Assembly (NCBI RefSeq): GCF_006345805.1
Contig: NC_043006.1
Location: 75,082,001 to 75,146,000, forward strand
Reading direction: 5' to 3'
Source: Octopus sinensis
Lineage: Eukaryota
Length of the DNA: 64,000 bases
Below the pieces are notes generated by a model, which ran no database searches, had not been told where the DNA came from, and saw only the letters and a list, made by a program, of their open reading frames with translations. A program made the translations under genes and the position numbers. How positions within the stretch are numbered: position 1 is the stretch's first letter; every line of letters begins with the position of its first letter. This document shows positions 13,084 through 25,941 of the stretch, one piece after another.

Positions 13084-14120
13084 TAATTGTCCTGTACTCT
13101 ATTTTTTGTTGTTTAGAAAAATGTCCAGTTCCTTTGGTTTGTGTCTATGTTTTCGTTTCTCATTGTGTTCGACGACTTTTTGGCGTCCTGTACTCATATA
13201 TGCGTGTATATGTACATATAGGTACGTACATATATGTTTATATATATGCATATTTTTTATTTTTATTTATTAATATATTATATGACGAAACGCACGCATC
13301 CCTTTTTAAGTAAGATTGTTCTTTATATTAAGTTTTGTTCTTGATATTAACTTTGATGCGCACTCTTAACCTTTCTGTCCCATCCCTTTCTCAGCCTTCA
13401 TTCTTTGATTTCCTTTTCCTCTACTTAACTTGTCTCTTCCTCTCTCTCATTCTTCACTCTCTCTCTCTTACCCTCTTCATTCTTCATGGTTTCCTCACAA
13501 CCATTCCCCTTCTTCTCTCCCTTTCTCTTGCTCCTCCCCCCCTCCCGTCGTTGACCCGCGACGAGACTTCCGCTACTGTCTTTCTACCCTTACCCTCTCG
13601 AGGTATGGACGACAATTCTTTTTGCTCCGCTCGTCGTTCGCAAAAAAATCCGCGTTCGCAATACTTTTTTTCGTTCGGCGTTAACAGCCCTTCTTATCTT
13701 GCTTTTCCTTGTCCTGTCTTTTACTGTTTATAATTTGTACTGTCGTTACTGTCCTGTTTTTGTTACCGTTTTTTACCCCTCTGCGAAAAGATCTCAGAAT
13801 TTTAATTGATTTGCTTTTCGCAGGAAGGAAAGTTTCTTGTCGAAGATACGTCTCGCTTTCACCTTCGAAACGTAGAGTAGATGAAACCATAGCGACTGAA
13901 GAAGGGGTTTTTTCTTTGTGTTAATTGTCCTGTACTCTATTTTTTTGTTGTTTAAAAAAATGTCCAGTTCCTTTGGTGTGTGTCTATGTTTTCGTTTCTC
14001 ATTGTTTTCGACGACTTTTTGGTGTCCTGTACTCATATATGCGTGTATATGTACATGTAGAGGTAGGTACGTACATATATGTTTATATATATGCATATTT
14101 TTTTTTTTTATTTATTAATA
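13084..14120 (+). repeat. Element with ~190-bp direct terminal repeats and a pyrimidine-rich non-coding interior
   Basis: 13084-13275 and 13922-14120 are near-identical (taattgtcctgtactctatttttt...tgcatatttttt). A third copy lies at 20587-20770. Confidence 0.85.
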
Positions 14121-14139
14121 TATATATCTATATAAATAT

Positions 14140-14335
14140 ATATAGTTAATCCAAACAAGAAAGCACAAAAAAAACACAACAACGCGAGAACGTGGAACAA
14201 ATATAGTATTATTGGACGCTCAGGAAAGAAGGAAAGAAGGATGGTTTAACGTTTCGAGCGGAGCTCTTCGTCGGAAACATAGGAGAAGGAAAGATCCAGA
14301 GAAGGGAAGACAGAGGAAAAAAAATCGCCAACGGT
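14140..14335 (-). mobile_element. ~190-bp hammerhead-bearing repeat (Penelope pseudo-LTR-like), copy 1
   Basis: Reverse complement of 47701-47885; ends in (TA)n. Confidence 0.7.
14244..14278 (-). ncRNA. Minimal hammerhead motif (U4C, extra A after A9, palindromic ACGU stem III)
   Basis: Minus strand: guuu CCGACGA A gagc ucc gcuc GAA AC GU U aaac, inside a ~190-bp repeat. Confidence 0.68.
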
Positions 14336-14582
14336 ACACACGAGGTCACGAGCATGTGTGTGTGCGTGTGTGTTTGCGCGCGCGTGTCTATGTCGGTCTG
14401 TGTGTGCGTGTGCCTGAATTGACGTTTATTTTTATCTTTCCTTTTTGCTTTTCGAACAAACGCACGTAATACAAATAAAACACGAAGAGAAAAGAAAAGC
14501 AGCCTGACCACCTGTCGTTCCTTCATGAAAACTGAACCCACGTAAAACCTCGTAACCAGTACAACAGAGCCAGCAAGCAGTC

Positions 14583-14917
14583 GAGAGGTTCTCAAACATT
14601 TTGGGCCATCACCCCTCCACACTCATGACCACACAATACCCTCACCGCCCATACCACTATTTTTATGTATAAATAAGTATTTTATATTTTACTAATTTAT
14701 ATATACTATGAATCATTTGATATTTAATAGAATGTTATATATCTTGTATATAATACAGTAAAAATATAACAATTTCATAGCGACCCTCAATACACTGCCT
14801 TCCTCCCAACGCCTCCTTTTTCTCTACCTGCCCCACTCGGCCCCTTAAGCTCCAGCGCCCACCTGGTCCATCTCAACGCCCACTGGCTGGCGGTAGCACA
14901 AACTTTGAGAACCGATG
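14583..14917. mobile_element. Probable hAT-type MITE, decayed
   Basis: ggttctcaaa at the left end and tttgagaacc at the right end; no clear TSD. Confidence 0.5.
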
Positions 14918-15112
14918 ACCAATACGGTCGCTGGAACTACTAGAAATAGCAGTCAACCCTCCCTCCGCCCTCAACTCTGTCAGGGTACATTGAGTAATGA
15001 GGCTACTACATAACTCTTACAAGACACCTGCTCGAAACGGATCGGCTTAAACCGCAACAACGACAACAACAATAGCAACAAAAACAACAACAGCAATATG
15101 TCTGATATATAT

Positions 15113-15162
<50 letters not shown>

Positions 15163-15664
15163 GCATAATATGTCCTCTGTGTATGTTTGAGTATTTTACG
15201 AGAGAGCGTTTTTGAGAGCGGGAACAATCACTGTCAGATATCAAAAGCGGTATATATATACCAATACACACATACACACACGCGCACACACAGACATGCA
15301 TACACACACACACACACGCACACACATACACACACCTGCACACGCACACACTTACACAATGTCTGTGTGTTTGTGTGTGCTGTGTGTATCATGTCACCAT
15401 ATATATAAATGAATATATATATATATATATATATATAAATATAAGAGAGTGACCACCATTTGGTCTACTCTAGCACTAAAAATAGATCCGGTTGATTACA
15501 TATATATATATATATATATATATAAATAAGAAAATGGAGAAACAAATTTAGTTTGTTCATCAACTTATAGATATTATAATGTTAGATTATTTATTCATTT
15601 TACAAATGAGAACATCAAAGGGATACAAAATATTATATAAATCAAAGGATAAGATATAAACAGT

Positions 15665-16052
15665 ACTAGCAGTATCGCCCGGCGTTGCTCGGGTTTGTAA
15701 GGGAAATAACTATATAAGCATTTTAAGAGAGTTATAGCCAAAAAATGCATTAAAAATGGAAAAAAAATGATGGTAAATTTTTTTTTAAATCGTTGACTCG
15801 TAGACATTTTTAGAGAGTTACTTCCCTTATATAATAGCGAAAAAATGCATTAAAATGGGGGGAAAATGATGGTAATTTTTTTTTAAATCGTAGACTCATT
15901 GTAGACGCGCGCTAATACCCAGAAGGGCTCGATATGAATGACGACTATAAGATACCCGGTTTTGGTTAAACTGTACCGCAAAATGTGGGAGTAGTTAGGA
16001 ATCTAAATCGTAGGAGACAGACACTCACACAACTTCACTTTTATATATAAAG

Positions 16053-16054
<2 letters not shown>
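15665..16054 (+). mobile_element. Non-autonomous Helitron/Helentron-like element, copy 2 (different interior)
   Basis: 5' actagcagtatcgcccggcgttgctcgggtttgt; 3' cacaacttcacttttatatataaagat; internal ~100-bp duplication. Confidence 0.65.
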
Positions 16055-16093
<39 letters not shown>

Positions 16094-16349
16094 TATATAT
16101 ATGTATGTATGAGTATATGTATCAATATATATATATGATATATATACTCATAGTATGTGTATATGTGCATATATACACACTTATGTATATACACACGTAT
16201 ATACACACATAAATGTATGCATGCCTGCATGCATATCTACCTACCTAACTACATACATACGTACATACATACATACATACATACGTACGTACGTACGTAC
16301 GTACGTACATACATACATACATACATACATACATACATACATACATACA

Positions 16350-16945
16350 TGGTGAGGAGACGGACGTGAACATCAATGGCGATCAACTAATACACACACA
16401 CCTCTGATTCGCAGATGACATGGCACTCATCGCTAAAACCACAGACCAGGTGCAGATGATGCTGACGGAGCTGGACACCCATAGCTTAGTAGTAGGCCTG
16501 AAAATGAAAATCCAAATCCATATAAACAAGATATATGCAGTCTGAATGGTGGTGGGAAGAGATGAAATCAAGCAGGTAAATGAGTAGGTCTCCTTAGGGC
16601 AAACAGAAAATGCACCAAGATATGGATGCTGAAGTCTCGAAGAGAATAAGGGCAGTGTGGAAGGCGTTTGTCTCAATAAAGGATGTGCTTACAAGATAGA
16701 CAGTCTTCACTAGCACCGTCGTACCAGCGCTCTTACATGCAAGTGAGACGTAGGCAACAACGAAGAGGATAGAACAGCGATTGACTATGATGCAAAGGGC
16801 CATGGAAAGGGCCATGCTAGGGTTATAATAGAATTACGAAAGATCCATGCGAAGAGACGATTTATTTAAGCGATTTGGGTCAGGGTGGAAAAGAATGGCG
16901 CAATTAAAAGAGAATTGGAAACGCATTGTGATTAGCGGTGTACTA
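16350..16945 (+). mobile_element. RTE-clade LINE reverse transcriptase fragment
   Basis: VNINGDQL..HL*FADDMALIA...GLKM...DAEVSKRIRAVWKAF...VVPALLHASET...MQRAMERAMLG; decayed. Confidence 0.82.
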
Positions 16946-16973
16946 TAGCATACATACATACATATGCATACAG

Positions 16974-17020
<47 letters not shown>

Positions 17021-17037
17021 CACACACACACACGCAC

Positions 17038-17069
<32 letters not shown>

Positions 17070-17123
17070 TACACACACACACACACGCCTATATATATAT
17101 ATGTGTGTGTGTGTGTGTATGCG

Positions 17124-17170
<47 letters not shown>

Positions 17171-17172
<2 letters not shown>

Positions 17173-17594
17173 GCGTAGGAGTGGCTGCGTGGTGAGTAGC
17201 TTGCTTACCAGCTATATGGTTCCGGGTTCAGTCCCACTACGTGGCACCTTGGGCAAGTGTCTTCTACTATAGCATCGGGCCGACCAAAGCCTTGTGAGTG
17301 GATTTGGTAGACGGAAACTGAAAGAAGTCCGTCGTATGTATGTACATATGTGTGTGAGTGTGTGTGTGTGTGTGTGTGTGTATGCTTGTGTGTCTATGTT
17401 TGTCCCCCACAACATTGTTTGACAACCGATGTTGGTGTGTTTACGTCCCCGTAACTTAGCGATTCGGCAAAACAGACTGATAGAATAAGTACTAAGCTTA
17501 CAAAGAATAAGTCCTGGGGTCGATTTGCTCGACTAAAGGCGGTGCTCCAGCATGGCCACAGTCAAATGACTGAGACAAGTAAAAGAGTAAAAGA

Positions 17595-17596
<2 letters not shown>
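17171..17596 (+). mobile_element. SINE family B
   Basis: Matches the 5489 consensus. Confidence 0.88.
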
Positions 17597-17633
<37 letters not shown>

Positions 17634-17643
17634 AAATTCAATA

Positions 17644-17722
17644 TGCGCCGAGATATGGATGCTGAAAGCTCAAAGAGAATAAGGGCAGTGTGGAAGGGGT
17701 TTATCTCAATAAAGGATCTGCT
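17644..17722 (+). mobile_element. Short second RTE RT fragment
   Basis: gatatggatgctgaa...aagagaataagggcagtgtggaagg...tctcaataaaggat duplicates ~16618-16690. Confidence 0.7.
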
Positions 17723-17922
17723 CTTCTCTTATAGGAATGGAAACATCCAGTTTTCACTGGTTTAACTAGTTTAATACCCAATATAGTAGAAAATTTTCTA
17801 CAATACAAATGGGTATATATACAATATACAACTCAATAAAAAGAAAATAGAAAGTTGAAATAGGCATATGTTAATTTATTAACATTATATTATAATTATA
17901 ATATAAATATAAATATTAATAA

Positions 17923-18017
17923 TCCCTACAATTGTTTCGATTCAAACTCAAAACCAATAACAAATTTATAAAAATTCATATTTTGGAAATATTTTGAGGA
18001 AAAATCTCATCAGGGAA
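17923..18017 (-). ncRNA. Type I hammerhead motif with palindromic stem III and very long loop II
   Basis: Minus strand: uucc CUGAUGA gauu-(~60 nt AU-rich)-aauc GAA ACAAUUGU A ggga. All core nucleotides present; GUA site between 17927 and 17926. Confidence 0.72.
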
Positions 18018-18295
18018 AAACATGATAAAAGTTACATATTAGAAGCTTGAGATCCTAAAACAAACTGAACTAATCGATAAATGTTTGCGTTTGTAAGTGT
18101 GAACGTCAATAAATTTATTTTAAAAAAAAATAAAAAATAAGAAATGAAAATAAAAACTAATATAGCAGTTATAAAATATCTGTCGAAGTGGGCATGTTCC
18201 CTCACCTGTCTTTCTCCTTTGTTTTCCGTACATTTGAATGATATACATACATACATACATACATACATACATACATACATACATACATACATTTT

Positions 18296-18569
18296 AGGAG
18301 CACTCCGTCGGTTACGACGACGACGAGTTTCCCAGCTGATACGATCAACGGAACAGCTTGCTCGTGGAATTAACGTGCAAGTGACTGAGCAATTCACAGA
18401 CACATGTACCCCTAACGTAGTTCTCAGGGAGATTCAGCGTGACAAAGAGTGTGACAAGGCCGGCCCTTTGAAATACAGGTACTACTCATTTTTGCCAGCT
18501 GAGTGGACTGGAGCAACGTGAAATAAAGTGTCTTGCTCAAGGAAATAACGCATCGCCGGGAATCGAACT

Positions 18570-18570
<1 letters not shown>
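18296..18570 (-). mobile_element. SINE family C variant, truncated at the B box
   Basis: 3' ~190 bp shared with 3493-3690. Confidence 0.8.
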
Positions 18571-18603
<33 letters not shown>

Positions 18604-19856
18604 TTGGGTTGGCAACTAAGTTACCGCCGTTTTTTTAAATTTTGGAATCTATTTTTTTCTAGAATTCTATTTTTTAAAATACTTTTGGAATCTATTTTTT
18701 TCTAGTTAATTTTAGTTTATTTTTGTTTATTTTTAAATCATTAAAATGGAATGTCAAATTTTAAAAAAAGGAGCATTTTCGACACCTCCTTCGTGTTGCC
18801 ATTAATCAAGGTTCTAAGGCCACAAAAGCTGCTCGCGACATTTGTGCTGTGTATAGAGAGGGTGTCATTGATGAAAGAACTGCTCGTGATTGGTATGCCA
18901 AGTTTAAAAATGGAAATTTTGACCTCAAACACGCACCTCGTTGAGGCTGTCCAGTTGAGTTCGATGAAGACCGACTAAACCAACTTTTGCACGAAAATTC
19001 TCGTCAAACGACAAAGGAACTGGCAGAGAAAATGGAACGCTCCCACAGTGCTATAGAGAAGCATCTTCACTCGATGGGAAAGGTTCAAAAGTATGGAGCA
19101 TGGGTTCCGCATGCTTTAAGTGACAACAACAAAAATCAGCGACCCACAATCTACACTAGTTTGCTTGCTCGTCACCGCTCAACTCATGGACACAAACAAC
19201 GATTTCTTTACCGAATTGTTACTGGCGACGAAAAATGGTGACTCTACATCAATATGACGCAACGTAATGAATGGCTTAGACCCAGTAAACAAGCGACACC
19301 ACGCGTGAAACAAGATCTTCATCCGTGTAAAACGATGTTGTGTGTATGGTGGGACTGGGAAGGAATTATCTATTACGAATTGCTTGAACGGAACCAAACG
19401 GTCAACGCAGAACTCTATGCTCAACAGATAGAACGACTCAACATGGCTATTCAAGAGAAAAGACCTAATCAGCAGCATGGAGTTCGGCTGTACGACAACG
19501 TCCGCCCTCATATGACCAAGGAAGCCGTTCAAACGCATGGCTGTGAGGTGCTGCTACACCTACCGTACTCTCCTGATTTGGCACCAACGGATTTCCACCT
19601 CTTTCGATCTCTTTCAAATGCTATGCACGGAGTTTCGTTCAGTACCGATGCAGAACTGAGAGCTTGGTTGGTTCAATTTTTCGAGTCGAAATCGGGTGAT
19701 TTCTACCAACGTGGTATTGAAAATCTTGTTGAATGTTGGGAAAAAGGTGTAAACAACAAGGGTGAATTCATTATTGATTAATTAGTTGTTATTTTTTTTA
19801 TTACCCTACAAAAAATTTTAATTAATTAAAAAAACGGCGGGAACTTAGTTGACAAC

Positions 19857-19860
<4 letters not shown>
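18604..19860 (+). mobile_element. Mariner DNA transposon, near full length (1257 bp), transposase inactivated
   Basis: TIRs ttgggttggcaactaagttaccgccgtttttt and aaaaaacggcgggaacttagttgacaacccaa, with TA on both sides. Transposase from ATG 18746 to ~19781 has frameshifts and stops, and motifs WVPHAL, TGDEKW, YDNVRPH, YSPDLAPTDFHLF. D2-D3 spacing is 31 here versus the canonical 34. Confidence 0.95.
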
Positions 19861-19915
<55 letters not shown>

Positions 19916-19924
19916 TAGAGAAGG

Positions 19925-19975
19925 AGCTTCTACAGGACTAGAACTGTTTCATTCAAATGAAATCATCAGGAAGCT
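19925..19975 (-). ncRNA. Type I hammerhead ribozyme motif, core intact
   Basis: Minus strand: agcttc CUGAUGA u-uuc auuu gaa-u GAA A-cag uucuaguc cug-U A gaagcu. Six-bp stem I, GUA cleavage triplet, CUAG palindrome in loop III, U.U at 10.1-11.1. Confidence 0.8.
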
Positions 19976-20428
19976 TGGTGTCAAGAATAGTTTTGGCATT
20001 TATACATTTAGGCAGATTTAAAGGGGTGGTGGTGGGGGACTTTTTGGGGTAGGCAGGGCACAAACTGTCTTTCTTAGGGGAGTGGTCAAAAGAATCAGTG
20101 ATAAAGTAGGTAAATGAATAAATAGAATAATAGAATAGAGTTTTAGGTAAATAAGAAGACTATCTCTTATATACATATATATACATACATATACACACAT
20201 ACATATATATATATATATACATACATATATATATATATACATACATATACACATACTCATACATACACACACACATATATATACATACACATATATATAT
20301 ATATATATACAAATACACATACATGCCAACATGCAAGCACACGCACACATATATCTACACACATATATATAAAAGAATATACACACCCATACACACACAC
20401 ACATATACACATACACATATATACATAC

Positions 20429-20459
<31 letters not shown>

Positions 20460-20963
20460 GTGTGTGTATATATATGTATATATATATGTGTATATATATA
20501 TGTGTGTATATATGTGTATATATATATATTCGAAACGTTTAGTAGATGAAACCTTAGCGACTGAAAAGGGGATTTTTCGTTGTGCTTATTGTCCTGTATC
20601 TCTCTTTTTTTTTGCTTGTCTTTTTCCTTGGTTTGTGTCTATGTGTTCGTCTCTCTCTATGTGTTCGACGTCTTTTTGGTGTCCTGTACACATATATGCG
20701 TGTATATGTACATGTAGAGGTAGATACGTACATATATGTTTATATTATGCATATGTTCTATTTTATTAACATATATATATATATATATATATGGTGTATA
20801 CATGCACATATATACACACACATTTCCTCCCTAATTTACTTTATTTTTATTTTGACCTCGACCTACCTACCAGCCGACACACATATAGTGGCGCTGGAGT
20901 ATGTATATATGTGTGTATGTATATATATGTGTTTGTGTATGTATGAGTATGTGTATATGTATG

Positions 20964-21009
<46 letters not shown>

Positions 21010-21260
21010 TGTATGTATATATATATGTATGTATATTGTGTATATGTATGTATATATATATATATATAAGCGATAGTCTTCTTATTTACCTAAAACTCTA
21101 TTCTATTATTCTATTTATTCATTTACCTACTTTATCACTGATTCTTTTGACCTCTCCCCGAAGAAAGACAGTTTGTGCCCTGCCTACCCCAAAAAGTCCC
21201 CCACCACCACCCCTTTAAATCTGCCTAAATGTATAAATGCCAAAACTATTCTTGACACCA

Positions 21261-21311
21261 AGCTTCCTGATGATTTCATTTGAATAAAACAGTTCTAGTC
21301 CTGTTGAAGCT
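21261..21311 (+). ncRNA. Type I hammerhead motif, G12A-mutated inverted copy of 19925
   Basis: agcttc CTGATGA tttcatttgaat AAAA cagttctagtcctg TT gaagct: G12 is replaced by A and the cleavage triplet is GUU. Confidence 0.7.
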
Positions 21312-21736
21312 CCTTCTATAAAATAAATTAATTTACTCTGCTGTGTATTGAGTACCCTATTTACTGTGGTTAACCCCGACTCAACACGGGACCTACATAC
21401 ATATATATATATATATTATCCCATTGAGGTCGGCTTAATCCTTAATCCTTTTCGTGTTGCGATAATAAACTATTATTCAAGTCCTGGGGTCGACGCAATC
21501 TCAAATTTTCTGGACTTGCGCCCAAACCATGAACATTGGTTATTATTATTTTTACTGTTGTTATTGCTGTGTTTTGGCATGAACGGGCGTGTTTTCAAAC
21601 CGTTTGAAGATAAAAAGTGCGTTATTAACAGTTTTTAATGGAAGAATTTATAGCAAAAAAAAAGAAAAAACTTCTGCAAAAGGTGGATTTGGAACGACGG
21701 GCCACCTGTTCCAATTTATTGAAGTATGGAGAAAAA

Positions 21737-21785
<49 letters not shown>

Positions 21786-21787
21786 CT

Positions 21788-21890
<103 letters not shown>

Positions 21891-22678
21891 CATCTATCTA
21901 TTTGTCTGACTCTGTATCCGCCCACCGCCCTACCCGTGTGACTGACTATCGTCCTTCCCACCCGCTCCTATTTGCCTGTCTGACTATCTTATATTTGTAC
22001 ACACACGCACAAATATATATATATAGAGAGAGAGAGGGGGAGAGAGGGAGAGAGAGAGTGAGTGAGTGAGTGAGTGAGGAGTGAGTGAGTGAGAGAAATG
22101 TGTGTGTATGTGTATGTATATAAATGTATGTGCCTATATGTTACTATTAGCGACAGAAGCAGTATTAGTACCAAAATGCAATCTTTATATCCAACTTAAC
22201 ATGGATGTAATGTTAGAACGTTGAATACTGTGACATAAGCCTTGAGAATTCCTCTCACATAGACGCATGATGCATAACAGTGAAGACGTATATCGCAGCT
22301 GACAAGAATTATCTGTTACGAGTGCCAGAACTGCCAGATGACGTGATTTCAGTCTACAAGACTTCCTCAGTGGCATGCGTCCGGCGTTTGCTAACCAGTC
22401 ATGTATGTATGTATGTATGTATGTATGTATGTATGTATGTATGTATGTATGTATGTATGTATGTATGTATGTATGTATGTATGTATGTATGTATGTATGT
22501 ATGTATGTATGTATGTATTGTATGTATGTATTGTATGTATGTATGCATGTATTGTATATATATATATACGCACCTATATGCATATATATGTATATATATG
22601 TGTGTGTATATATATATATATGCATATATATGTATATATATACATGTATAAGACATATATATATATATAAATGTTATA

Positions 22679-22723
<45 letters not shown>

Positions 22724-23116
22724 ATATAATATATATATCAAAATAAGCAACAAGGATATCCGGTGGTTATGTAGTACGATCGTTTTCATGCGACTCTATT
22801 TAATTGAACAATGCAATCATTTCATTACATCAATTTAAAATGTAGAGGAATCTTCAGCTGCACAAAGACATAGAATTTAACTAAATTTGAAGGGAGAGAG
22901 TGAGAGAGACAGACAGACAGACAATAAGACAGAGAGGCTGTGCGAAGAAAGAAACTTTGTACGAAAAATTCTTAGATACTGCTGTACTACAACGCAGCTG
23001 GTTACGTCTATATGTGTATATACATGTATATATATATATGCATATATATATATCATATAATATATATATATATATATATATCTATATATATATCTATATT
23101 ATATATATATATATAT

Positions 23117-23214
<98 letters not shown>

Positions 23215-23220
23215 TATATA

Positions 23221-24420
23221 TGAGGTCTATCTAAAAGGAAAACGAGCTTGCTTCCTTCACAACATTTTCATTCGGTATTGATAATCCGCACCCAACCATT
23301 TTCCAGTTTTGGAGCGTGTTTATAGGAGCAATGTACAGTGCTCATAGAAAAATTTCTCCGATCACTTTTATTGTCTGAATTCGCCAACCTTTCAAGGTAG
23401 CTCTTGACTCTGAGAGCAAAAATAATCTGTCGAGGTCAACTCTTGAGGGTTGATGGTCACTGTGATTCGAGTGTCGCCTCTAGCTTTGCCAAAAACCTCA
23501 CGGGAGTGGAGTCCTCATAACCAGCTGCGTTGTAGTGCAGCAGTATCTAAGCATTGTTCGTGCAAAGTTTCTTTATTCGCACCGCCTCTCTGTGTAACTG
23601 TCTCTCTCTTTTTCTCTTTCTCTTTCTCTTTCCCTCTCTCTCAAATGATTCAGAATAACCAAGTGGTTGATCGTCTGTTGAAGTATGTCCTTCTAATTGA
23701 AAAAAGACATCTCACATTTATTTGGTATCGATGGCGATGGTCCAATCGACTACAATTTTATTTTGCAGCATCGTCATATTTCATGAGAATTTTCAGAAAT
23801 TTTAATTAATCAAACAGCTTCTGATTAACAGTAATTTAATTCTCCTTTTGTTCATTCGTCAATAGATGCGGTACAAATTTTGCAGCAAAGCAACACAACT
23901 TCAATGCTTCTTTCGAATAATGCTTTGTACAAACTTTTACAGATGTCTATTTCTTCACAAATTTCTCGGACAGTTAGGTAACGATTTTCACGTATCGATA
24001 AACGTAGTCTTGCAATATGATCATCAGCTGTTCTTCTGGAAGCTCGTCCAAATTTGGGATAATCTTCAGTGCATGTTCTTGCCGATTAGAAAAGCGAGTA
24101 CAACAAACGACATAGTGGACAGTTTTCCCTATAGACCAGTTGCAGCATTAGAAAAATCTTCGTAAATGTATATCCAAGTTTCAGACAGAATTTCATATAA
24201 ACAATCGCTCTTTCAAATCCTTCATTTCTGAAGTTATAACAAATCGCTCAGTGCCCTAAACACGCATTCACTCTAGTACGTATACAACAATGACTAACTG
24301 ACGTCGCGTGATTTGGGTATTAGAATGAAAAACAACGCCACCTCTACTCAACACTGCAGTCACGAGCAACGTTGCGCCGACTAGTTGGCGAAGTTTTGAA
24401 ATTTCAATTTAATTTTGGAC
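23221..24420 (-). mobile_element. Highly decayed mariner-type transposon of a different subfamily
   Basis: Minus-strand translation fragments MKDLKER..., AAKFVPHLLTNEQK (WVPHEL-like), and REAVRRK...LHYNA followed by a YSPDL-region remnant. Many stops, plus an AG microsatellite inside. Confidence 0.65.
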
Positions 24421-24446
24421 ATATCCATGTCTGTCTGCCTGTCTGC

Positions 24447-24516
<70 letters not shown>

Positions 24517-24549
24517 GTCAGTCAGTCTGTCTGTCTGTCTTTCTGTCTG

Positions 24550-24592
<43 letters not shown>

Positions 24593-24678
24593 CTCTCTCT
24601 CTCTGTCTATCTATCTAACTATCTATTTATCTATCTACCTGTCTGTTTGTCTACCTACCTACCTACCTACCTACCTAC

Positions 24679-24764
<86 letters not shown>

Positions 24765-24779
24765 CTATATATACAGCGT

Positions 24780-25520
24780 ATGAGAGGTACTTCCAATACA
24801 TATTTGGTAATTAAATAAAATCTAATATAGAAAAAAACCAAATGTGTTTCAATAAGAATGTTTTTACGCACACATTCTCGATAAGTTTCCTTATGAAGTT
24901 ATTCAATGAATCTGTCTCCAGCTTCGACGACTGCTTAAATATGAGACCGGAATCGTTGGCATACTTGTACTGGTCCTAATTAATTTCGGATGTCACCAGG
25001 ACAATAGTGGCCTGTAGTGAATATATATTATGAAGATATAGATTAGTCTCCCTTTCAACAGCACTCCAAACGTAGTCGATGAGATTTAAATCTGGTGAGT
25101 TTGGTGGACACAACGTTTGGAGACCACAAGTTGTGTTACATGATCGTAAAGATATAAATTGACCTCTTCTCAGTACATATGACTTGTATCGAATGTCTTC
25201 GTACACCACAGTTCCGATAGACCACTCCAGCACCAGAAATCTTTGGCAATGGCACTTATTGATTTTCCAGAATATCATTGATAATGTTTTAAACCAGTTG
25301 GATGAATTGCGGGTCCTTATAGTATCCGACCGTTTCAAATTGTTTTTATTTTCGTTGATAAAGATGGATAATTTCCGCCAGAGTTTTCCATTTCCATCTC
25401 AACGTTGTGTATAAAATATTTTGGAGTCTTCCGCGTGCAGGGTAACGATGACTGCATTTCTTTTCATTTCTTAGCATTTTATCTGCCATGGGGAATCTGA
25501 AGGAAATAAGATATTCTAAT
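24780..25520 (-). mobile_element. Internally deleted Tc1/mariner-superfamily (maT-like) transposase remnant
   Basis: Minus ORF LCPPNSPDLNLIDYVWSAVERETN...SLQATIV (PPNSPDLNP motif). N-terminal MKRNAVIVTLHA near 25470. Confidence 0.7.
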
Positions 25521-25771
25521 TGGTTTGAAAAGAGTAACCTACTGATAATAATGTGTTCTCCAAGACCCCTTGCACTGTGGATATAATAATTGAGAAGTAA
25601 AATTTCTTAATTTTTCATTCATACATACATACATACATACATACAAAAATGCATACATACATACATACAAAAATTCATACATACATACATACAATCATAC
25701 ATACATACAAAAGTTCATACAACATACATACATACATACATACATATATACAATCATACATACATACATAC

Positions 25772-25802
<31 letters not shown>

Positions 25803-25941
25803 CAATCATACATACATACATACATACATACATACATACATACATACATACATACATACATACATACATACATGCATGCATACATACACACATACATACA
25901 TACATACATACATACATACTACATACATACATACATACATA

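Larger units (their letters stand above)
19919..21317. repeat. 1.4-kb fold-back element with ~380-400-bp inverted arms
   Basis: 19919-~20300 is the reverse complement of ~20900-21317: ~250 bp of complex sequence plus a shared compound microsatellite. Confidence 0.92.

Noticed and set aside
13860-13910. GAAACGTA...CTGAAGA as a permuted (type II) hammerhead
   Set aside because: Stem I cannot be formed in this copy or in the 20531 copy.
22185-22400. Minus ORF tail DWLANAGRMPLRK... as a LINE fragment
   Set aside because: No diagnostic motif could be identified with confidence.
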